From Candidatus Micrarchaeota archaeon (GTDB lineage Archaea; Micrarchaeota; Micrarchaeia; Anstonellales; Bilamarchaeaceae), in assembly GCA_043821365.1 (NCBI GenBank), contig JBDRCX010000006.1, forward strand, positions 416,001 through 480,000: a stretch of 64,000 bases of DNA, written 5' to 3'. Both the position numbers and the translations under genes were made by a program. This document shows, piece after piece, positions 57,811-64,000 of the stretch (position 1 is the stretch's first letter; every line of letters begins with the position of its first letter). The notes under the pieces are model-generated. The model searched no databases. It worked only from the letters and a program-made list of their open reading frames with translations, and had not been told where the DNA came from.

Positions 57811-58335
57811 GTGATAACTTATTTGGTTATGAAACAGGCAGCATACCAAAGACAATTGGTGCTATATTTACAAAACAACTGTAATGGCCAGGCATATGAC
57901 TTTGCTAAACAATATGTAACTGAATTTCCTGATGATATGGTGGCTCATTTTTTACTTGCTAAATCTGCTATTGCTTCAGGTAATTTTACTGAAGCAACTC
58001 TTGCTGCTAGAAAAGCATTCAATCTTTCAAAAAATGAAGCAGATATGATAATGTGTGTGATCCATGCATGTGTAGCTTATTATAAACTTGGAGAATATGA
58101 AAAAGGTTTTGAACTTCTTAAGGCAACAGAACGCATAAGAGTATGTGAAGAAACAGAGCAATTATTTTTCCTTTTCAGTCTTTTAGTGAATAATGATAGA
58201 GAAGCTGAAAAACATTTCACAGTTATGTTTAATTTGAATGAACCTGCTGCTAAAGAATTCCTAACGACAATAGCAGAAGGAGAAGACCTTGATTTTGAAA
58301 GAATAATGAAAAATATTGATAGGATAACCTACTGA
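57811..58335 (+). CDS. TPR-like protein
   Basis: AHFLLAKSA, AYYKLGEYEKGFELL. Confidence 0.7.
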   Translation: MITYLVMKQAAYQRQLVLYLQNNCNGQAYDFAKQYVTEFPDDMVAHFLLAKSAIASGNFTEATLAARKAFNLSKNEADMIMCVIHACVAYYKLGEYEKGFELLKATERIRVCEETEQLFFLFSLLVNNDREAEKHFTVMFNLNEPAAKEFLTTIAEGEDLDFERIMKNIDRITY

Positions 58336-58605
58336 TTATTTTTTTTGTTGTTTTGCGGGAGCTGCTTTTCCTCCCCTTGATGTAGCTGATCCCCCTCTTC
58401 TTGATAGTCCTCGTTTTGAAAGGAATGCAGCTACTTTAGAACGTGCATCTCCTGGATTTTTAGAATTAGCAAGAATGCTTTTTATCTCTGGTCTCCCCAT
58501 CATTTGATCTACAGACATGCCTCTTGGAACAAGGGCGGATGATATTTCTTCTCTTACTGCTTCTCTTGTTGCATCTCCTTTTCGCATTTCTTTTTCAGGA
58601 CACAT
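58336..58605 (-). CDS. Small basic hypothetical protein
   Basis: 89-aa open frame; no motif recognised. Confidence 0.5.
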   Translation of the reverse strand: MCPEKEMRKGDATREAVREEISSALVPRGMSVDQMMGRPEIKSILANSKNPGDARSKVAAFLSKRGLSRRGGSATSRGGKAAPAKQQKK

Positions 58606-58725
58606 AAAGAACTATCATCTTCTGGATATTAATATTTAACGAAAATGCAGGGGAACTGAACTTTGTTTAATGCTCCTTCAATTTATAACAAGTTTTTTGG
58701 TTCTTTTTTTCTAAAAAAGAACAAT

Positions 58726-59008
58726 TGCAGGAGGAAGGAAATTCATCCGCTTAGCGACCCAGTTTTGGGCCGCTACAAAAACCGAGTGGTTTTTGTGGCA
58801 GTAAAAACGGTCGATCGTTTTTACACGCCTTTTACTCAAAGGCGGACTGTGTCCCTTCGAAGGCGCTGAGCGAACAGATCTCCCAGATTACAATCAATAT
58901 GAGAGCTATCGTGATCGTTTCAGCCATAACCAAATAGTTTTGGTCCACCTTTTTCCAAAAGGTGGGGCCTCTTGAGTCTGTCACGTTTGACCGCTTCGCT
59001 ACTCCTGC
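58726..59008 (-). pseudogene. tRNA-Leu(CAA) locus with two long introns (37/38, 91 nt, 58970-58880; 59/60, 108 nt, 58847-58740) and a degenerate T-loop
   Basis: Acceptor GCAGGAG/CTCCTGC+A, D-arm GCG..CGT, anticodon stem ACAGA/TCTGT, long variable arm, T-stem GAAGG/CCTTC. The spliced T-loop would read GACACAT, not TTCRAAT. Confidence 0.75.
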
Positions 59009-59097
59009 ATGAGTATGTAATATCTTCCTGAAGAAATGCCTCAGGATTAGGATGGCGAATATTGAACTTGTTCAATAACTTCGCTACTCCTGCATGA
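58994..59097. repeat. 19-bp direct repeat containing the first 15 nt of tRNA-Leu
   Basis: CTTCGCTACTCCTGCATGA at 58994-59012 and 59079-59097, 66-nt spacer. Confidence 0.9.
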
Positions 59098-59128
59098 ACA
59101 CAATAGTGATAGGAGAAGAAAATAAAAA

Positions 59129-59401
59129 TTAATACTCTACTTTGACAGTTCCTTTTTTGATCTTACAAACACATAAAAGTCTGTCTTCTGGATCTGTTCC
59201 AAAAGTTTCCAAACCTGCTTTCTCTACGTCATTTGGTTCTTCTAAATTCTCTTTTCCTTCAACTACTTTGCATTTACAAGATCCACAGCTCCCACTTTTA
59301 CATGCAAAAAGAATCGATGTTTTTCCGTCTAATTCTGAGAGTACACTCCCGTCTGGAACTTCAACAGTTTGATCATCATTTTTTACTTCAACTTTAGCCA
59401 T
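59129..59401 (-). CDS. [2Fe-2S] ferredoxin
   Basis: FACKSGSCGSCKC and RLLCVC. Start moved to MAKVEV. Confidence 0.92.
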   Translation of the reverse strand: MAKVEVKNDDQTVEVPDGSVLSELDGKTSILFACKSGSCGSCKCKVVEGKENLEEPNDVEKAGLETFGTDPEDRLLCVCKIKKGTVKVEY

Positions 59402-59671
59402 AATATCACAACTCATATTTTCTCTTTAATATACAAACGTCACAAACTTCGTTTTCCTATAATATCGTTCGGCACATGTTTAACTTGTGCTCACGAGTCA
59501 TATTATTGTTCTTCAGAAAGATTTAATAATATCAGTTTAATTTTTCTACAATTTCGTCGAAAATCGTATTTATTTCTTTGCAAATGAAAGGAAACTACGT
59601 TGTCCTTGAACGTCAAAACGTTCAAGACAGTCAAGAAACAATGTTTCTTGCCATTCCTTTCCAACCTTCCG

Positions 59672-60253
59672 TTATTTCCTTGCAAATACAAGGTATGCAG
59701 TGTGCATCAAACCAAAGTGCTTTGGTCTAAATCCAAAATCTCGTGCTTCATATTCCCTAACAATTGACTCTATGGTAAAAACTTCACTGAAAACTTTTTC
59801 AGCAGTGAGATGAAGTGTTTTTGCTTGTTCTGATTGCAAACAATGTGCTGCAAGGTAACCATTTTTTCTCAATGCTTTGTGAACCATGTCAACTGCTTTT
59901 TCTGCATCTGGTATGTCACAGAATACAAGGTCAAAACTCTCATCCTTTTCATCTATGCCAGAAAGTATATCTCTGAATTTGAAAGTCACGTTTGTTAATC
60001 CTGCACGTTCAACATTGGCTTCTGCAATTTTGAAAAATTCCTCTCTCTTCTCATAGCTTATTACTTCCTTTGCTATATTTGCCATCTGCACTGTCATAAA
60101 TCCAGTACCAGATCCAAGTTCAATTACTTTCGAATCTTTTCCAAGTCCAGTGTAAGAAATAATCAACCCAGAATCCTTTGGTATTGTGACTGCTGGTCCT
60201 CCTCGTTTTAGTTTTTTCAGTAATGGTGGAAAATGAAAATTTGGTTTGTCCAT
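59672..60253 (-). CDS. trmI: tRNA (adenine-N1)-methyltransferase TrmI/Gcd14-like, lacking the N-terminal beta domain
   Basis: LKRGGPAVTIPKDSGLI, VIELGSGTG, SYEKREEF, HTAYLVFARK. Confidence 0.85.
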   Translation of the reverse strand: MDKPNFHFPPLLKKLKRGGPAVTIPKDSGLIISYTGLGKDSKVIELGSGTGFMTVQMANIAKEVISYEKREEFFKIAEANVERAGLTNVTFKFRDILSGIDEKDESFDLVFCDIPDAEKAVDMVHKALRKNGYLAAHCLQSEQAKTLHLTAEKVFSEVFTIESIVREYEARDFGFRPKHFGLMHTAYLVFARK

Positions 60254-60278
60254 TCAAAACCCTCCACGCCGCTCTTCG

Positions 60279-60350
60279 TGGGGTTCGTTATGGACGGCGT
60301 TCCGTCCATGATGTGCTCGTGAACGTTGCGTTCGCGACATTGGATCCCCA
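60279..60350. repeat. GC-rich multi-hairpin cassette in the trmI leader
   Basis: TGGGGTTC..GATCCCCA closing stem; ATGGACGG-CGTT-CCGTCCAT; CGTGAACG-TTG-CGTTCGCG. Confidence 0.6.
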
Positions 60351-60413
60351 TCATATGCGCTAATTCTTGGTTATAAATACTAACCTATTTAATACGCTTC
60401 AGATTATTTTCAT

Positions 60414-60746
60414 TTGATGGTAAAATCAGATGCATTAAGAAAACGGTACATTCTTTTCGAATTGAAAGGAGTAGTTCTTGATAACGACCAACTAAAAAAA
60501 GCCATTCAATTAGAGGCATTGAAGTTTTTCGGAGAATTTGGAATGTCCTATGCAGCATTAAAATTAGTTCAATTTGATACAACCACTAAACTTGGTATTC
60601 TCAGATGTGAACGTAGTTATTTGGAAAAAGTTCTTGGATTTTTAGCACTTGTTAATTCCTTAAATGGAAAAGAAGCAAGGTTGATTTCAAGAAAATCAAG
60701 TGGAACTATCAAATCCTTAGGCCAGAGAAGACTCAATCCAGCGTAA
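60414..60746 (+). CDS. pop5: RNase P protein Pop5/Rpp14
   Basis: LRKRYILF, FFGEFG, GILRC.R, SSGTIKS. Confidence 0.9.
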   Translation: MMVKSDALRKRYILFELKGVVLDNDQLKKAIQLEALKFFGEFGMSYAALKLVQFDTTTKLGILRCERSYLEKVLGFLALVNSLNGKEARLISRKSSGTIKSLGQRRLNPA

Positions 60747-61019
60747 ATAAGCAGGTAATCCCCCACTAACATTTAGTTTGATAATTTCAGGCATTTCGTA
60801 TGGGTGATTCTTCTTGATGAATTTTTCTAATTTTTTGTAATTTTTATTTGCAGTTTTTATAACGAGTAGAAATTCCTTTCCTTCGCATAATTTGCCTTTC
60901 CATTCGTAGTGAGATGATTCTATTTTGATTATATTAATACATCTTGCAAGTTTCTCTTTGATAATTTTTTTGGCTATTGTCTGCGCATTTTTTGGGTAGG
61001 TTGTAAGAACAACAATCAT
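60717..61019 (-). CDS. cutA: Divalent-cation tolerance protein CutA
   Basis: LARCINI, YEWKGK, HPYEMPEI, YLRWI. Confidence 0.93.
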   Translation of the reverse strand: MIVVLTTYPKNAQTIAKKIIKEKLARCINIIKIESSHYEWKGKLCEGKEFLLVIKTANKNYKKLEKFIKKNHPYEMPEIIKLNVSGGLPAYLRWIESSLA

Positions 61020-61068
61020 ATCTTCACATCTTGAAAAACGAAGTTTTTTGAATATCGTGATCTACAGA

Positions 61069-62265
61069 TCACGGCTTTTTGAAAACAATTTCTATAACAT
61101 CCCGATGTTTCAGGGCATGTTCTTTCCCAACTGCCTGTTTTGTTTTGTAATCTATTGCCTTGATAAATCCATTTCCAATGTCTGAATGTAATTTGAATGC
61201 AAATTCAATTGCAGTTGTGCTTTTTGGCATAAGAAAACAATCTGGCAAAGTTCTTCCTTGATTGTCAACTAGATTTCCTCCACCGGGGAAAATTGCAATA
61301 TACTGTAAAAAGTCAAAAACTGCAGCATTAAGGCATTTTTGTATTCCTGTGCCTTCATACTTGTCACAAACAAGCTTCATTATGTCCATTGCTTTTTTCT
61401 GATCTTGATTCAACTCTGCTTTGACTGTAAATGTTTTGTCTCCAGGTATATAATCAATAAATTTAGCCTTTGCCGCTCCCTTTAATGTTATTTCTGCTTC
61501 GGCAGAGCATGGAATTACAAGATATTCTGGAAATGTTTTTTTGAGTTTTTCATAATTTTCAAAACCAGCTGAAAGATCACATTTATTTGCTGCAATTATT
61601 ATTGGTTTTCCAATCTGCCTTATTTTTTTACACACCGCAAATCTTTCTTCTTCATCCCAGTCTGCAAGGCTTTTCTCCTCTAATTTCAGTTCCTTCAATA
61701 CCTTGACAATAATATCCTTTGTCATCCCCAATCCACTAAATTGGGTTGTTAGCATCTCTTCATTTTTTTTATTTAATTTTGCCTCACGAGTAAGTTTAGT
61801 CCAATTGTTATCCAATATCCCCTTTATCCAATAGTCTAATTCTTGTTCTAAAAATCTAACATCATTGCAAGGATCATAACTTCCAATTTGAACTCGTTCG
61901 CCCATTTCATTTGTTGACCCACTTGCATCTACAATATGGATAAGTATATCTGCCTGCCTCAGATCATCCAAAAATTTATTACCAAGTCCTTTTCCCTCAT
62001 GCGCACCTGGGACTAAACCAGCAACATCCAAAAGTTCCACTGGTGCAAATCTTCTTGAATTGATGCAAAACCCTGTTCGTGGATTGCATTGTTTCCCGAA
62101 TTCCTTGTCTACACATTCAACTTCAACGTAGGCAACTGCTCGGTTTGGTTTTATTGTTGTGAATGGCCTTGACGAACGTTCTACTGGCACAGAAGTTGCT
62201 GCCATAAAAAAGGTTGATTTTCCTGTCGAAGGTTTTCCAACTATGCCTATTAACATATTGATCAC
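61069..62265 (-). CDS. ychF: YchF/Ygr210-related OBG-family NTPase with TGS domain
   Basis: GKPSTGKST, PFTTI, DVAGLV, ANKCD, LPDCFL..AIEFAFKLHSDIG. Confidence 0.9.
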   Translation of the reverse strand: MINMLIGIVGKPSTGKSTFFMAATSVPVERSSRPFTTIKPNRAVAYVEVECVDKEFGKQCNPRTGFCINSRRFAPVELLDVAGLVPGAHEGKGLGNKFLDDLRQADILIHIVDASGSTNEMGERVQIGSYDPCNDVRFLEQELDYWIKGILDNNWTKLTREAKLNKKNEEMLTTQFSGLGMTKDIIVKVLKELKLEEKSLADWDEEERFAVCKKIRQIGKPIIIAANKCDLSAGFENYEKLKKTFPEYLVIPCSAEAEITLKGAAKAKFIDYIPGDKTFTVKAELNQDQKKAMDIMKLVCDKYEGTGIQKCLNAAVFDFLQYIAIFPGGGNLVDNQGRTLPDCFLMPKSTTAIEFAFKLHSDIGNGFIKAIDYKTKQAVGKEHALKHRDVIEIVFKKP

Positions 62266-62278
62266 AAATTAGCCAAAA

Positions 62279-62791
62279 TTACTTTTTATCAGCTAGATAT
62301 TCCTTATTCAATCGAATATATTCTTCAATGTTTCTTTTTATTCTATTTTTGTGTTCTTCAGTTACTTGTTTTACTACTTTTCCAGGAATTCCCATAACAA
62401 TTGAGTTATTCGGTATCTGAGTTCCCTCAGTAATAACACTTCCAGCTCCTATTATGCAATTTTTCCCAATTTTAGATTTTGAAAGCAAGATGGCACCCAT
62501 GCCTATTATGCAATTTCCTTCTATTTCACAAGAATGCAGAACAGCATTATGGCCAACAGCAACATCATCTCCAATAGTAATAGGGATTCCCTGTTGAGTA
62601 TGAAGAACACAACCATCTTGTATGCTTACATTGTTTCCGATTTTTATTGCACCGATATCTGCCCTTACAGTTGCTTTATACCATACACTAGAACCATGGC
62701 CAATTTCAACATCACCAATTATCTCAGCACTTGATGCAATAAAGTTTTCTCCTCTTAAAATTGGTTTTTTACCTTGGAATTCATAAATCAT
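62279..62791 (-). CDS. Gamma-carbonic anhydrase family (left-handed beta-helix)
   Basis: SSVWYKATVRAD, IQDGCVLH, VGHNAVLHSC. Confidence 0.92.
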   Translation of the reverse strand: MIYEFQGKKPILRGENFIASSAEIIGDVEIGHGSSVWYKATVRADIGAIKIGNNVSIQDGCVLHTQQGIPITIGDDVAVGHNAVLHSCEIEGNCIIGMGAILLSKSKIGKNCIIGAGSVITEGTQIPNNSIVMGIPGKVVKQVTEEHKNRIKRNIEEYIRLNKEYLADKK

Positions 62792-62810
62792 TTTGTCACC
62801 TTATACAAAA

Positions 62811-63968
62811 CTACTTCTTCAAAATAACAATACTTTCCCTTGTTTTTACCTTTTGTGGTCTTATGTCTGCAATTCTTTCTGCACCTACTATTATCTCGGT
62901 TTTTCTAAACCCAATTCTTTCTGCTATTTGTGCAAAAATCTCATCAACAAGTACGTGTGTTTCATGAATAACAGAATTCGAAACAGTTATGTGTGCTTCC
63001 CCATTATCATTCAAAACTCTATACATTTCATTTATTGCAAGTTCCATGTCTCTGAAGTAAGTACCTATGATTGGTATTGTTCTTCCAATCTCTCCAACTT
63101 CCTCCGGCATCTCCCCAACATCCATCTGCTTTCCGATAAAAGATCGTACTGCCCGCATCCTAACTTCTGATGCTTCTGCTTTGCTCATATTAAGCAAGCT
63201 CAATTCCAAACCATAGACTTTCGAATAATCAATATTGTTCAAATAAGGCGGAGAAGTTGCTATCAAATCAATTGACTCGCTTTCAATATCACTTCCTCTT
63301 GCATCACCGAGATAAACCTGCGATCCATGGCCTTGTTTTTGGGTTTCAAGATCGCGTAACATTTTTTTTACTCTTCTTCTAAAAATCTCACGTGCTGGCA
63401 ATGCCCTCTTATTCTTCATTATCTTTAGTACTCCGCCATCTTTCAGAACTATGCTTGCTTGAGGCAAAACAGACAAAAGCGCAAGAAGAAGCAAATTTCT
63501 AACTCTGTCACCTTCTTTTTCAATTGCTTCACGCAACACTAAAATTTCATTGTGATTTCTTTTTGGAAATGCCGCTCTTACATCGAAGAGTTCAAAGTTC
63601 CAACGTATGTCTGATGGTGTTGGTTGCAATCTTTTTTCTAAAAATAGTCTTGCATTTTCAATGTCTTCTGAGGAATAATCATCTGTTTTTGTTTTTGATA
63701 TGAAAACTGCAAGAGTGGATGCATCCATTCCCATGGATTGAATCCCAAGATTCTTTGCAGTGAGTAAGGTTGTTCCAACTCCGCAAAACGGATCCAAAAT
63801 ACTTTTTGGTTGGCCGAATTTTTTTATTGAATATTCAACTATTTCAGGTGCAAAACCTTCTTTGTACCAAAACCAACCATGTATTGGTTTTTCTTTGCTG
63901 AATTCAAATGTCATATACGGGCCAAGTTCAGGCTTATTTATGATCTGCATTTTTGCGCCTCTTTGCAA
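62811..63968 (-). CDS. Amino-DNA methyltransferase (likely m4C, alpha-type motif order)
   Basis: Motif I LDPFCGVGT at the N-terminus; motif IV TSPPY at the C-terminus. Confidence 0.85.
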   Translation of the reverse strand: MQRGAKMQIINKPELGPYMTFEFSKEKPIHGWFWYKEGFAPEIVEYSIKKFGQPKSILDPFCGVGTTLLTAKNLGIQSMGMDASTLAVFISKTKTDDYSSEDIENARLFLEKRLQPTPSDIRWNFELFDVRAAFPKRNHNEILVLREAIEKEGDRVRNLLLLALLSVLPQASIVLKDGGVLKIMKNKRALPAREIFRRRVKKMLRDLETQKQGHGSQVYLGDARGSDIESESIDLIATSPPYLNNIDYSKVYGLELSLLNMSKAEASEVRMRAVRSFIGKQMDVGEMPEEVGEIGRTIPIIGTYFRDMELAINEMYRVLNDNGEAHITVSNSVIHETHVLVDEIFAQIAERIGFRKTEIIVGAERIADIRPQKVKTRESIVILKK

Positions 63969-64000
63969 GAGCTACTGCTTCTTTAGACAGTTTATCCGCA

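Noticed and set aside
58663-58869. 68-aa plus-strand ORF
   Set aside because: Antisense to the tRNA-Leu locus and made of hairpin sequence.
58994-59097. Two 19-bp repeats as a minimal CRISPR array
   Set aside because: The repeat is the 5' end of tRNA-Leu. There are only two copies, the 66-nt spacer is too long, and no cas genes are present.
59503-59691. 62-aa minus-strand ORF after trmI
   Set aside because: It runs through hairpins, with no RBS and no recognisable motif.
1780-63170. Numerous 60-230 aa ORFs antisense to, or nested in, assigned genes (e.g. 2572-3048, 51775-52473, 35815-36273)
   Set aside because: Shadow frames of real genes with Ser/Phe/Ile-biased composition and no motifs.

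Overview
Low-GC archaeal chromosome segment. Gene content and multi-intron tRNAs fit a DPANN archaeon, probably Micrarchaeota-like (inference). Most of the window is housekeeping: folD, HMG-CoA synthase, thyX, geranylgeranyl reductase with ferredoxin, prs, PGM/PMM, aTrm56, the conserved S19e-PDCD5-L39e-L31e-eIF6-LX-prefoldin-FtsY operon, fibrillarin, pyrBI, tmk, a DEAD helicase, SRP RNA, Bud32, Cdc48, RPA, NFACT, TrmI, Pop5, YchF and an orphan DNA methyltransferase. Two things stand out. (1) A ~21 kb co-oriented cluster of uncharacterised giant genes directly downstream of ftsY (14222-35186, minus strand): a signal-peptide protein ending in a bacterial-OMP-like beta-rich region with terminal Phe, an SGNH hydrolase, and two paralogous rod-plus-membrane proteins with a shared C-terminal module. 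This is a candidate undescribed envelope or host-interaction machine. (2) An intron/hairpin system around the tRNAs: three two-intron tRNA loci, one overlapped by a free-standing LAGLIDADG ORF and one with ~91 and ~108 nt introns, a degenerate T-loop and a duplicated 5' exon. The intron hairpins recur in intergenic DNA. An mTERF-like repeat protein is also present. All calls come from reading motifs by eye; no searches were run.
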